A DNA stretch of 27,614 nt from Nitrososphaerota archaeon (lineage in GTDB: Archaea; Thermoproteota; Nitrososphaeria_A; Caldarchaeales; Calditenuaceae), in the NCBI GenBank assembly GCA_033581555.1, contig JAVQSZ010000003.1, positions 90,704-118,317 of the forward strand, read 5' to 3'. The translations under genes and the position numbers were made by a program. Numbering within the stretch: the first letter of the stretch is position 1; every line of letters begins with the position of its first letter. This document shows positions 1 through 9,585 of the stretch, one piece after another. A model generated the notes under the pieces. It saw nothing but the letters and a program-made list of their open reading frames with translations, did not search any database and was not told where the DNA came from.

Positions 1-368
1 TCGTGAGGGTGAGGGCAGCGAGGGGGTTCCGGGACACGGGCATGACCTTCCTCGGCCCCGCGGTCGGCGACCACGTCAAGACTGCGATCGGGACCACCGT
101 GTTCTCCGGGAAGCGAGTAGGTGCCTTCAGCCACCTCTACGGCGCTGTAACGACTGACGTCCCGCCCTTCACGGTCTACGCAAAGTCCCTCGGCGCTGAG
201 CCCGTCGAGCTCCGGGTCGACTCGGCCGTCGAGACCGCGAGGAGGATGATGTCCCGCAGAGGTATCAGGATGTCGGGGGCCTACGAGCGCATGGTCAGGA
301 GGGCCTTCGAGCTGACAGCTCGCGAGAGGACGGAGGCCGGCGTGAGGCCTGGAGAGCTCCGGATCTGA
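1..368 (+). CDS. 3' part of a putative sugar nucleotidyltransferase / GlmU-related protein (left-handed beta-helix C-terminus); truncated by the window edge
   Basis: Open frame from the edge with FLGPAVGDHVKTAIGTTVFSGKRVG, resembling the hexapeptide-repeat tail of GlmU-like proteins; host-like codon usage. Confidence 0.6.
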   Translation, partial: VRVRAARGFRDTGMTFLGPAVGDHVKTAIGTTVFSGKRVGAFSHLYGAVTTDVPPFTVYAKSLGAEPVELRVDSAVETARRMMSRRGIRMSGAYERMVRRAFELTARERTEAGVRPGELRI

Positions 369-423
369 ACCCCTCGGTGAGCCCTCGGATCTGAGGTCTC
401 CGAGACCTGGATCTCCAGCCTCG

Positions 424-819
424 CTATTTCAGCGGGACGTACATCGAGCTCTTCGTCGCTCCGATCCCCGGCCTCCCGTGGACGACCCTCTTGTTGGTCA
501 TCGCGAACTCCCCGAGCCTGTGCCCGATCATCTCGGGGACGATCTCGACCTGCACGAACTCCTTCCCGTTGTGGACCGCGATCGTCATCCCGACCATCTC
601 CGGGAGTATCACCATGTCCCTCGCGTGGGTCCTAATCGGCTTGTTGATCCCCAGCCTCCTGTACTTCCTGACCTTCTCGAGGAGCTTCCTCTGGGCATCG
701 GTGAGGCCCCTTTTCAGGCTCCTCCTCTGCCTGCTGGGCAGCAGCTTGATGAACTCGTCCATGCTCATCTTCTGCAGCTGCTCGACCGAGTAGCCCCTGT
801 AGGTGAACTCCCTCACCAA
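424..819 (-). CDS. rps19: 30S ribosomal protein S19 (uS19)
   Basis: [55 protein letters not shown] are archaeal uS19 signatures; GGAGG RBS upstream. Confidence 0.98.
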   Translation of the reverse strand: MVREFTYRGYSVEQLQKMSMDEFIKLLPSRQRRSLKRGLTDAQRKLLEKVRKYRRLGINKPIRTHARDMVILPEMVGMTIAVHNGKEFVQVEIVPEMIGHRLGEFAMTNKRVVHGRPGIGATKSSMYVPLK

Positions 820-966
820 CCCGAGCTCTTTTCCTCCGCACGCCTAAAATACGTTATCGCCTCGTCGGCCGCGCCGGACGTCTATCGCCGCCCCGGGCGA
901 CCCGCCGACCGCTCCCGCCTCACCGCTCCTCTGGCGCGCAGCTCGGATGGCTGTCATCGGGGCGGG

Positions 967-983
967 AAAAGGGGTTAAATTAA
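967..983 (+). promoter_or_regulatory. BRE + TATA box of the thermosome gene
   Basis: AAAAGGGG followed by TTAAATTAA (975-983) in GC-rich DNA, about 30 nt before ATG 1015; GGTGG RBS-like motif just upstream of the ATG. Confidence 0.7.
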
Positions 984-1014
984 GGCGGGGATTGGCACTG
1001 ATCGGTGGTCTAGA

Positions 1015-2658
1015 ATGGCTCTCTCGAGTCAACCCGTGATCATCCTGAAGGAGGGGACGACGAGGACGCGGGGAAGGGCAGCGCAGCGGAACAACATCGC
1101 CGCCGCGAAGATCATCGCGGAGATCGTGAAGACGACCCTCGGGCCGAAGGGGATGGACAAGATCCTCGTGGACTCGATCGGCGACGTGGTGGTGACCAAC
1201 GACGGCGCGACGATCCTCGAGAAGATGGACGTCGAGCACCCTGCCGCGAAAATGATCATAGAGGTCGCTAAGACCCAGGACAAAATGGTAGGGGACGGAA
1301 CGACCACGGCCGTCGTCCTGGCGGGAGAGCTGCTAAGGAAGGCCGAGGAGCTGATCGACCAGAAGGTCCACCCGAGCACCGTGATAACCGGCTACAGGAG
1401 GGCGATGACGGTCGCGCTCAGGCGGCTCGACGAGATCGCCAAGCAGGTGAGCCTCCAGGACAGGGCGACCCTGAAGAAGATCGTCAAGACCTCCCTCGGT
1501 AGCAAGTCCCTCGGCTTCGCGACCGACCACATAGCCGACCTCGCGATCGAGTCTGTCCTCAGCGTCGTCAAGGAGGTGAACGGGAAGCTCAAGGCCGACA
1601 AGGACGACATCCAGATCGTCAAGAAGATGGGCAAGAGCCTCCTCGAGTCCCAAGTGGTCAAGGGGATCATCGTCGACAAGGAGGTCGTCCACCCCGCGAT
1701 GCCCAAGGTCGTCAAGAACGCGAGGATAGCGCTGATCGATGCCCCCTTTGAGATCGAGAAGACCGAGTTCAGCGCCGAGATCAGGATCAGGAGCCCGGAG
1801 CTGATGAAGCAGTTCCTCGACGAGGAGCACAGGATCCTACAGGAGATGGTCGATAAGGTCGCGGGCGTGGGGGCCAACGTCGTCTTCTGCCAGAAGGGCA
1901 TCGACGACGCTGCCCAGTTCTTCCTCGCGAAGAGGGGGATCCTCGCGGTGAGGAGGGTAAAGAGGAGCGACATGGAGAAGCTCGAGAAGGCGACCGGTGG
2001 CAGGATCGTCACGAACTTCGAGGACCTCCAGGCAAAGGACCTCGGTTGCGCGGCCTTGGTCGAGGAGAAGAAGATCGGTGAGGACAGGATGGTCTTCGTC
2101 GAGGGCTGCGAGAACCCGAAGGCGGTCGCGGTCCTGATCAGGGCAGGACTTGAGAGGCAGCTCGACGAGGCCGAGCGCTCCTTGAACGACGCGATCATGA
2201 ACGTCATCAACATCGTCGAGGACAACAGGTTCGTGCCTGGAGGGGGTGCTGTCGAGGTCGAGCTAGCTAAGGCTGTACGGGAGGAGGCTGCCAAGTACCC
2301 GGGGAAGGAGCAGCTCGCGATGATCGCCTACGCCGAGGCCCTCGAGGCGATCCCACGGACCCTAGCTGAGAACTCCGGCTTCGACCCGATTGACATAATG
2401 ACGGCCCTCAGGAACAGGCACGCCGAGAACGGTATCTCCTACGGCATCAACGTCTTCACCGGTAAGGTCGAGGACATGTTCTCGATGGGCGTCATCGAGC
2501 CGATTAAGGTGAAGGTCCAGGCGCTGAAGTCCAGCTTCGAGGCCGCCGCGATGATACTGAGGATCGACGACGTCATCGCAGCCTCGAAGAAGAAGGAGGA
2601 GAAGGAGAAGTCGAAGACCGGAGAGGAGGAGACCGGCACGTCGCCCGAGTTCGATTAG
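1015..2658 (+). CDS. ths: Thermosome (group II chaperonin) subunit
   Basis: [39 protein letters not shown] motifs; 547 aa. Confidence 0.99.
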   Translation: MALSSQPVIILKEGTTRTRGRAAQRNNIAAAKIIAEIVKTTLGPKGMDKILVDSIGDVVVTNDGATILEKMDVEHPAAKMIIEVAKTQDKMVGDGTTTAVVLAGELLRKAEELIDQKVHPSTVITGYRRAMTVALRRLDEIAKQVSLQDRATLKKIVKTSLGSKSLGFATDHIADLAIESVLSVVKEVNGKLKADKDDIQIVKKMGKSLLESQVVKGIIVDKEVVHPAMPKVVKNARIALIDAPFEIEKTEFSAEIRIRSPELMKQFLDEEHRILQEMVDKVAGVGANVVFCQKGIDDAAQFFLAKRGILAVRRVKRSDMEKLEKATGGRIVTNFEDLQAKDLGCAALVEEKKIGEDRMVFVEGCENPKAVAVLIRAGLERQLDEAERSLNDAIMNVINIVEDNRFVPGGGAVEVELAKAVREEAAKYPGKEQLAMIAYAEALEAIPRTLAENSGFDPIDIMTALRNRHAENGISYGINVFTGKVEDMFSMGVIEPIKVKVQALKSSFEAAAMILRIDDVIAASKKKEEKEKSKTGEEETGTSPEFD

Positions 2659-2660
2659 GC

Positions 2661-2681
2661 TAATTCTTCTTATTTTTAGTT
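2661..2681 (+). terminator. T-rich archaeal terminator after the thermosome gene
   Basis: TAATTCTTCTTATTTTTAGTT immediately after the stop codon. Confidence 0.6.
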
Positions 2682-2723
2682 CATATCGTAAGCGCACGAG
2701 CCACTTCTCCTAATCTCCGCCGA

Positions 2724-3278
2724 CTGGGGCTTCGAGAGGTCAACCTACGAAGCCTATCATAGAGAGGAGGACCGTGACGGTCGCGAGCAGCGTGAAGGCC
2801 GCATACAGGAGGTTCCTACCGTCCTTAGATAAGAACGGCGCCGAGAGGGCCGCAAGGCCCGCGAGGAAAAGCAGCGCGAGCGCCAGCTAACCCAGCGTGC
2901 CGGGGAATATCGCCGTGAGGAGCGCCAACACCAACATGAGTCCAGAGGAGACGGCCTTGGTGAAGATTAGGAGGTGATCTTGTGGCCCCAGGGACTCGAA
3001 TGGTGGACGTCGTAGGCGACCCGTGCTTCGGCAGCTAAAGCCCCGCTTAGGATGCCGGACGTGACCGAGTCTGACCACATGAACGTCGACTCCCTCTTGT
3101 GGGTCAGGGGCGTGAGGCTGTGCTGGTCGGCCCCCACGTAGTAGAGCTTCGGCCTAGTCCCCTGGTCCGGCTTTCTCACAGTGGCCCTCGTCGGACAGAC
3201 AATCACGTAGGCGAGTCCGAGCCCTACCTCGATCCTGTGAGCTCAGAAGTGGCACTTGGCCGCGGTGTTGGTCTCCAT
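2724..3278 (-). pseudogene. Remnant of a 4Fe-4S dicluster (NrfC/DmsB-like) - NrfD/PsrC membrane-anchor fusion gene
   Basis: Manual translation: ETNTAAKCHF*AHRIEVGLGLAYVIVCPTRA/TVRKPDQGTRPKLYYVGAD...ARVAYDVHHSSPWGHKITS[frameshift ~2968]IFTKAVSSGLMLVLALL...G*LALALLFLAG...LLSMIGFV[frameshift ~2742]DLSKPQ. This matches KCxFCxHR...PACVxxCPTxA, PWGxxIxxYxFxK and DLxxP as I recall them from these families. Confidence 0.75.
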
Positions 3279-3488
3279 CCGCCCGAAATGCGCACGAAGT
3301 TGATCTCCGCGTCTGGGACCTGACGTTCGCCGGTAGCCTCACCCCGTAAGATCGCTACTGATGACTCGATGAGGTCCTCTAGTCCCTACTAACTGGTTTG
3401 TCAATAAGACGCTTCCGATCGGGTTTACACCCAGCTCGCCTGGGAATTCGGCTATGGCCCCGCGGAACGCCTCAGCGTCGTGATACAT
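3275..3488 (-). pseudogene. Remnant of a thiolase (SCP-x/archaeal acetyl-CoA acetyltransferase type) C-terminal domain
   Basis: GELGVNPIGSVLLTNQLVGTRGPHRVI, then after a frameshift near 3360 LRGEATGERQVPDAEINFVRISGG; compare consensus GxLPVNPSGG...PxGATG...QLRGEAGxRQVxDA...GG. Confidence 0.7.
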
Positions 3489-3515
3489 CCGCGCTCGCGA
3501 CGTAAGTGAATTCGC

Positions 3516-4289
3516 TCACGAAAGCCATCTTTTTCTTCTCTTATAGGCCTTCACCTCTCTGAAGCTCTTTCGTCCCGACTCCCCTAATCCCATTAGAAAC
3601 TCCTGCACGTCTCTATTTCTCATTATATCCTGCGATTGTCCGTCTAACATAATACGCCCGTTCTCTAACACGTACGCGTAATCAGCTATTTCTAACGCCT
3701 TTATAGCGTTTTGTTCAGCTAATAAAATAGTAATGTTTCCTTCTTCGTTTATTCGGCGAATAGTTTTAAACAGCTCATTAATTATACTAGGCGCGAGTCC
3801 TAGAGACGGCTCATCAAGTAACATAACTTTGGGTCTGCCCAGGAGTGCTCTAGCTATAGCGAGCATTTGTTGCTCTCCGCCGCTAAGATAGCCTGCACGA
3901 AGGTCTTTGAGTTCCTTTAGCCTCGGAAAGAAATCAAACGCTGTGCTTATATCATCGTCTGATAGTCCGACCTTTAAGTTTTCAAGCACGGTCAGCTCCC
4001 GGAAGATCCTCCTCCCCTCCATAACGTGCAGGATTCCAAGCTTCGCAACCTTATCTGCGGACAGATTGTCTATTCTCTCACCTTCGAACTCGATTGTCCC
4101 CCTTGTAACTCTACCGCGTTCTGCGGCTATAACGCCTGATATGCTCTTCAACGTCGTAGATTTACCCGCACCGTTTGAACCGAGTAGTGCGACGATCTGT
4201 CCTCTGGGAACTTGTAGTGATAACCCACGTATAACAACAATAAACGGATCGTATGTTATTTCTATGTTGGTGAGCCTTAACATGCTCAC
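3516..4289 (-). CDS. livF: LIV-type (HAAT family) ABC transporter ATP-binding protein, LivF-like
   Basis: Walker A GSNGAGKST, LSGGEQQMLAIARAL, LLDEPSLGLAP, AEQN; C-terminal YKRRKRWLS tail. Confidence 0.93.
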   Translation of the reverse strand: MSMLRLTNIEITYDPFIVVIRGLSLQVPRGQIVALLGSNGAGKSTTLKSISGVIAAERGRVTRGTIEFEGERIDNLSADKVAKLGILHVMEGRRIFRELTVLENLKVGLSDDDISTAFDFFPRLKELKDLRAGYLSGGEQQMLAIARALLGRPKVMLLDEPSLGLAPSIINELFKTIRRINEEGNITILLAEQNAIKALEIADYAYVLENGRIMLDGQSQDIMRNRDVQEFLMGLGESGRKSFREVKAYKRRKRWLS

Positions 4290-5497
4290 TTTCCTAGGTA
4301 ACCGTCGTCTCTCGGCAATGTCACTTCTGCTACCCTAACGAACTTTCCGCCCTCGATCTTCCAGATCCAGATGGTCGTCGTCGACCTATGATCCATCGGC
4401 GTGAATCCTAACGGAGGCGTAAGCCCCTTTGTGTCGAAATTCGTGATGCTCTCCCATGCCCGTCTCACGTTCTCTCCGCTAAGATCGTCACCGGCGCGCC
4501 TCAACGCTTCAACCAGCACCATGGCGCTTATCCAGCCGGACACGTACTGAGTGGTGTGACGATCGTCCGGGTGGAAACGCCTGTGGGCCTCCAGCAGATC
4601 CTTCATGCCCGGCACGTCGTATCCCCACGGAACGAAGGGTGCGCCGAAGTAGGTGCCCTCTGCGAGCGGCCCCAACCTCTCCACTAAGGGCTCCCAGTAA
4701 ATCGAGTAGAGGAAGTTCACGAACTCCGCCTTTAGCCCGACCTCACGAGCCGTCCTCAAGACGAGCGCCGTCTCGGCGGGCGGCAGCATTGTAGCCACGA
4801 CGTCCGCGTTGTACGCCTTGATCCTCTGCATCTGCTCCAGCGCCGAGGTGCTACCGATCTCGACCACCTCGACCATTACCTCGTATCCTAAGTCCTTGGC
4901 GTAACTCTCCACACCAGGCTTCACCAATGGCGCGAACGCCTTTGTCTCCCAGACGATGGCCAGTCTAGGGGCCCGTGGCCCAGCCCACTTATCCTTGAAC
5001 CACTTCAAGAACGCCCTGTAATGGTCGGTGTAGCTGCCGAGTGGTGCAGGGAAGTACCACGGATACTTCCTGGCGTCGGCAAATGGTCCGGCCATAGAGG
5101 TGTCACTATATGGTATGCGAGCTTCCGCCACCATCTGATAGATGGCGGCCACCACGTGGGTCCCACACGTAACGAAGGCCGACAGCTTATACTGTTCCTT
5201 CCACCTAGTGAAAATCCGAATAGTGGTCTCCGGTTTGTATTCGTTGTCCTCTATCAACAGCACGATCTCCCTGCCGTTGACGCCGCCCCTCTCATTCACG
5301 ATCCTTATGTAGTCCCTTATTCCCTTTATTCCGTCCTCGGCCGGCCCAGCGAATGGACCCGTTAAGCAGAAGGCGTAACCCACATAGATCTTCTCGGCGG
5401 GCCTTGGCGCGGGAGTCGTGAGTGGTTGGGTCACTAGGACACCCGCGACTATGGCTAAAATCGCAACCACTACTAAGAGTGCAACCACCTTTTTCAT
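4286..5497 (-). CDS. LIV-type ABC transporter substrate-binding protein with N-terminal membrane anchor/signal
   Basis: MKK plus hydrophobic N-terminus; LTGPFA, VNERGGVNGREIVLLIEDNEYKP, LVEALRRAG motifs of the LivK/periplasmic binding protein type 1 family. Confidence 0.9.
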   Translation of the reverse strand: MKKVVALLVVVAILAIVAGVLVTQPLTTPAPRPAEKIYVGYAFCLTGPFAGPAEDGIKGIRDYIRIVNERGGVNGREIVLLIEDNEYKPETTIRIFTRWKEQYKLSAFVTCGTHVVAAIYQMVAEARIPYSDTSMAGPFADARKYPWYFPAPLGSYTDHYRAFLKWFKDKWAGPRAPRLAIVWETKAFAPLVKPGVESYAKDLGYEVMVEVVEIGSTSALEQMQRIKAYNADVVATMLPPAETALVLRTAREVGLKAEFVNFLYSIYWEPLVERLGPLAEGTYFGAPFVPWGYDVPGMKDLLEAHRRFHPDDRHTTQYVSGWISAMVLVEALRRAGDDLSGENVRRAWESITNFDTKGLTPPLGFTPMDHRSTTTIWIWKIEGGKFVRVAEVTLPRDDGYLGK

Positions 5498-5520
5498 GCC
5501 GACTACACCGTTCGCTCAAG

Positions 5521-5550
5521 ATTAAATATTGTCTGGTATATAAATATTAA
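5521..5550 (-). promoter_or_regulatory. Internal promoter (TATA box) for the substrate-binding protein and livF
   Basis: Minus-strand TTTATATA (5537-5544) about 40 nt upstream of ATG 5497, with a GGTG RBS; TAAATATT occurs twice (5523-5530, 5541-5548). Confidence 0.65.
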
Positions 5551-5700
5551 CCCAACACGTTCATGTCATGGGTGAAAAATTTTGAGCGACCCCCTACCTC
5601 GATTTAGGCCACCCCTCCTATTTTCGGTCCACAATTCGACTAATGCGCTGTAGCCCGCTTTAAGGTATCATCGATGGACGATATAGTATAGTATACAAGC

Positions 5701-6768
5701 TTAGTACCTAAACGGCCAGAGCTTGAAATATTGCTTAACCTTTCTCAGCAGAGCTACAACACCATACGGCTCGGTTAGAATTATTACGATGATTATCGCC
5801 CCATATATAACAAGTTTGAATGCCTCGACGTATGCAGATACTTCTGGTGAGATCACGTATAAATAAGTCACTGTAATGTATCTAATTCCCTCGCTCAGTA
5901 TGATTATGATAAACGAACCCAATATCGATCCCCATATCCGCCCTAATCCACCTAACAGAATTATTGCGATATATTCGATAGTGACTCTTAACTCAAAGTG
6001 ACCAGGTATTATTACTCTAACGAAATATACGTAGGTTGCACCAGCAAGTCCAGCATAGAACGAACTTATGGTAAAGGCCAACAACTTATATCTGTAGACA
6101 TTTATACCCAAAACTTCTGCTGCGTTTTCATTATCACGTATCGCTACAAAAGCCCTTCCTATTCTACTTCTCATTAGATTGTGGGCTGTAATAATAGAGA
6201 ATACAGCTAGACCAAGTGCGATGTAATAAAAGTAAAGGTTCCTAAAAGTCCCAGAGATAGTAAATGGTCCAAGAGCAACGTCCGGTAAGATGAATCCGTG
6301 TGGTACGCCTAGTAAGGGTGCAACCGACGGTAGATGTATTATGAAAAAGATGATGTAATGTGCTAGCAGAGTCGAAATAGCGAGGTAGAAGCCCTTAATA
6401 CGTAATGAGGGGGCTCCGAAAACAAAGCCTGCACACGCAGCGGCGAGCCCTCCTATAAAGATCGCCGGAAGAAACTGTAGGCCCGCATACCTGGCGGCTA
6501 CGGCGGCCGCGTATGCGCCTACAGCCATGAGCGCAGAGTGTCCAAGCGAAACCTGCCCTGCAAATCCCGTTAATATATTGAGTCCTATTGAACTAATAAT
6601 AGCAATGAAAATGTAAATAGCAACGACGCTATAGTAAGTCGGAGTAATTAAAGGAAATACTAGTAACAGAATTGACCCGATTATCAGAGCTAAGCGTTCG
6701 ATCGGTGTCCTAGCGATCGCTATCTCATCTTCATAACTCTTACTATAAATTCCGCTGGGTGCAGACAT
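5701..6768 (-). CDS. livM: LIV-type ABC transporter permease, LivM-like
   Basis: GLNILTGFAGQVSLGH, LRIKGFYLAISTL, SRIGRAFVAIRDNENAAEVLGIN, GGLG; C-terminal WPFRY. Confidence 0.93.
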   Translation of the reverse strand: MSAPSGIYSKSYEDEIAIARTPIERLALIIGSILLLVFPLITPTYYSVVAIYIFIAIISSIGLNILTGFAGQVSLGHSALMAVGAYAAAVAARYAGLQFLPAIFIGGLAAACAGFVFGAPSLRIKGFYLAISTLLAHYIIFFIIHLPSVAPLLGVPHGFILPDVALGPFTISGTFRNLYFYYIALGLAVFSIITAHNLMRSRIGRAFVAIRDNENAAEVLGINVYRYKLLAFTISSFYAGLAGATYVYFVRVIIPGHFELRVTIEYIAIILLGGLGRIWGSILGSFIIIILSEGIRYITVTYLYVISPEVSAYVEAFKLVIYGAIIIVIILTEPYGVVALLRKVKQYFKLWPFRY

Positions 6769-6770
6769 CT

Positions 6771-7670
6771 CTAAATCCTCTCTATTCTTTCTGTCCCTAA
6801 TAGACCGTACGGTCTGATCATCATGACTATCAATGCAAGTAGCAGGGGAAAGGCATCACGGAACCCTGGACCCACCGAAGGTTCCAACAACCCACCTATC
6901 GATTCGCCAACTCCTATCAAAATTGAGCCCAATATTGCGCCTCCGACGCTGTCCAGTCCTCCTACTATTGCTGCTACGTAAACTCTCAGGGCAACAAAAA
7001 GCAGATAGTAACTGACGAACCCGAAGACTCCAGACAACAGCACTCCTGCGACTGTGGAGGAGACTGCCGAGATAGTCCATGCCGTTGCTATGACTGTTCT
7101 CACGTTAACGCCAAGGGCCATCGCTAAGGCCTGGTCTTCTCCTGCCGCCCTCATCGATAACCCTAACTTAGTTTTCTGATAGAACAGCAATAATACAGAT
7201 ACGAGGATAGTCGAGACCAAGGCGCTATATACTGATACTGACGGGAGGATAATTGGTCCGATTCGAATCGGTTCAGCTGGGAAGGAGACAGGGGCGGCCA
7301 GCGGAGTGACCCCCCATATGAGCTGCGACGTACCCTGAAGGCTGATCCCTAACCCAATCGTTACCAAGATCGCCGCGAACACCGGCCTCGCCAGCAACGG
7401 TCTTAATACCGCTCTTTCTATAAGCGGTCCTACTAGTCCGGTAGCGATAATTGCCAACATCAGTCCGATTATCAGATTGGATGCTACGAGGACCGTGAAC
7501 GTATATGCGACATATGCCCCAATGAGTAACAGCTCTCCCTGTGCGAAGTTAACCACTCGACTCGACCTGTATATGATATTGAACCCTAGCGTTAATGGTG
7601 CGTACAAGGTTCCAGTTAACGCGCCCGCGATTAGAATCTGCGTTAACGTTATAAGATCTAGAGTTGCCAT
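6771..7670 (-). CDS. livH: LIV-type ABC transporter permease, LivH-like
   Basis: VVNFAQGE, TKLGLSMRAAGED..A..LGVN, GGLDS, RPYGLLG. Confidence 0.93.
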   Translation of the reverse strand: MATLDLITLTQILIAGALTGTLYAPLTLGFNIIYRSSRVVNFAQGELLLIGAYVAYTFTVLVASNLIIGLMLAIIATGLVGPLIERAVLRPLLARPVFAAILVTIGLGISLQGTSQLIWGVTPLAAPVSFPAEPIRIGPIILPSVSVYSALVSTILVSVLLLFYQKTKLGLSMRAAGEDQALAMALGVNVRTVIATAWTISAVSSTVAGVLLSGVFGFVSYYLLFVALRVYVAAIVGGLDSVGGAILGSILIGVGESIGGLLEPSVGPGFRDAFPLLLALIVMMIRPYGLLGTERIERI

Positions 7671-7674
7671 CAGA

Positions 7675-9585
7675 TTATCCCTCGATTCTCCTTATTTTAA
7701 GCCTAGATTGCAAAATAGCGGTAGTCCCATCTCTATAAGTGACTTGAACCCTTGCGTCAACGCCTTCCTCATCGGAGTACAATGCATTGAGGATCTCACC
7801 ATACCGTTGATATACGAACTTCCGACGTAATTTCCGGGTTCTAGTGAGCTCCAAATCATCAGCGTCTAACTCCTTATGTAGTATTGTAAATCTTCTCACC
7901 CTCATCTTTTCTGGTAAAATGCGATTAATTCTAGTCACTTCTCCTGCTAACAATTCATAAACCTCGGGTTTTTGGGAAAGGTCCGCGTAATCGCTGAACG
8001 AGATCCCTTGACGTTCAGCCCATTTTGAGACGTTTTCGAAATCGATGTTCAGGATCGCGACCAAGTGCGGCTTGCCCTCCCCATAGACAACCGCCTCTTT
8101 TATGAAGGGGCTGAATTTCAGCTTGTTCTCTATGTACTGTGGCGAGAACTTTGTACCGTCTGCCATAGTCATTAAATCACCAAGCCTGTCGATTACTACT
8201 AAGTGACCGTCCTCATCTATCACGCCTATGTCGCCGGTGTGTAGCCATCCGTCGGCTAAGGTCCTTCTGGTCGAGTCCAGATCTTTGTGGTATCCTATGA
8301 AAACATTCTCTCCTTTAATGAGTATCTCACCGGTCTCAGAGATCTTGATCTCAACGCCCGGCACAGGTCTGCCGCAAGTTCCAACTTTGATGTCCTCACC
8401 CTGATGGGTAGCGCCTAGCGCAGCCGACTCCGTCGTACCATACACTTCCCTCAAGTTCACCCCTAATGCTCTGAAGAAAATGAAATAATCGGCGCCTAAT
8501 GCGCCACCCCCTGTTGCTGCAAACCTGACCCTCTTGAGTCCGTACTTATCAAGAATCGGTCGGTATGTTAGCCAATAAAAGATCCATCGCATCAATTGCA
8601 AGTAGAACGGAATCGGTTCCTTTCTTAGTTGTTTCTCGACTATATCATGTGCTATTGACATGCCTATGTCGTAAACCTTGCGCTTCAACCATGTTGAATC
8701 TGAGGCTCTGAACATAATATCGGACGCTATTCTCTCCCACATCCTAGGAGGTCCAGCGATCCTAGTAGGCGCGATCTCGCGGAGATCACTCATCGCGGTC
8801 TCAGGTTCTTCAGGGAAGTTGTAAGTCACCCCTCCAAGTATGGAAATGATTATCTGGATCTGCTCACCAATCCATGCGAATGGTAGGATCGATACATAGT
8901 CCTCATTAGCGCTTAGCGGAGCGACCTCTATCCATTTCTGTGCTGAGAATATTAGATTTCTGTGAGTGAGCATAGCCAACTTCGGGACCACCCCCGTTGT
9001 GCCAGAAGTCAGACAGAGCAGTGCTACATCGTCCGCCCTTCCACTGTACACAATGTCTTCGAGTACTTTCGATTCACCGTCCTCGACTGCTTTCTTGCCT
9101 ATCACCTGAAGTTGGGAGAAACTCATCAGCATGGGGTCCTCGTAATGTCTCATGCCTCTCTCGTCGACGTATATGATTTTACGTAAAGTAGGGACTTGAT
9201 CCTTAATCTGTAATACCTTATCCACTTGCTCTTGGTCGTATGCTAATATTACTTTGCTGTCAGACCGCCTCAATAACTCAGCTATCTGATCTGGAAGAAA
9301 GTCAGGGTACAACGGCACGGGACATCCCCCGATGGCTTGAGTAGCAAGCTCCGTGAACAGGAGCTCCCTGTGATTATCACCTAAAATCGCCACTTTATCC
9401 TCTTTGCCCACACCTAAGTGCATCAGTCCTAGCGCAGTCTTCCTCACCTCCTCCGCGTACTGGCTCCACGTGAGCGTCTGCCATATTCCCAGCTTCTTCT
9501 CACGCACGGCAGGGGCTCTACCGTGTGTCTTCACCCTATCGAAGAGGAGCTGCGGAATCGTGTCACCTTTAAGCAACGCTTTCAC
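7675..9585 (-). CDS. Long-chain fatty-acid--CoA ligase (AMP-binding enzyme, FadD/ACSL type)
   Basis: LTSGTTGVVPK P-loop, YGTTE, GWLHTGDIG, IDR..D, PQYIENKLK, ELTRTRKLRR. Confidence 0.9.
   Translation of the reverse strand: MKALLKGDTIPQLLFDRVKTHGRAPAVREKKLGIWQTLTWSQYAEEVRKTALGLMHLGVGKEDKVAILGDNHRELLFTELATQAIGGCPVPLYPDFLPDQIAELLRRSDSKVILAYDQEQVDKVLQIKDQVPTLRKIIYVDERGMRHYEDPMLMSFSQLQVIGKKAVEDGESKVLEDIVYSGRADDVALLCLTSGTTGVVPKLAMLTHRNLIFSAQKWIEVAPLSANEDYVSILPFAWIGEQIQIIISILGGVTYNFPEEPETAMSDLREIAPTRIAGPPRMWERIASDIMFRASDSTWLKRKVYDIGMSIAHDIVEKQLRKEPIPFYLQLMRWIFYWLTYRPILDKYGLKRVRFAATGGGALGADYFIFFRALGVNLREVYGTTESAALGATHQGEDIKVGTCGRPVPGVEIKISETGEILIKGENVFIGYHKDLDSTRRTLADGWLHTGDIGVIDEDGHLVVIDRLGDLMTMADGTKFSPQYIENKLKFSPFIKEAVVYGEGKPHLVAILNIDFENVSKWAERQGISFSDYADLSQKPEVYELLAGEVTRINRILPEKMRVRRFTILHKELDADDLELTRTRKLRRKFVYQRYGEILNALYSDEEGVDARVQVTYRDGTTAILQSRLKIRRIEG

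Noticed and set aside
394-408. Back-to-back BsaI sites as a cloning scar
   Set aside because: No vector or other synthetic sequence nearby; treated as a natural palindrome
3243-3245. TGA at a Cys position (KCHF*AHR) as selenocysteine, and in-frame TAG at 2887 as pyrrolysine
   Set aside because: The same gene has frameshifts, a Cys-to-Tyr change, an internal deletion and both ends missing; simple nonsense decay (TGC>TGA, TGG>TAG) explains the stops
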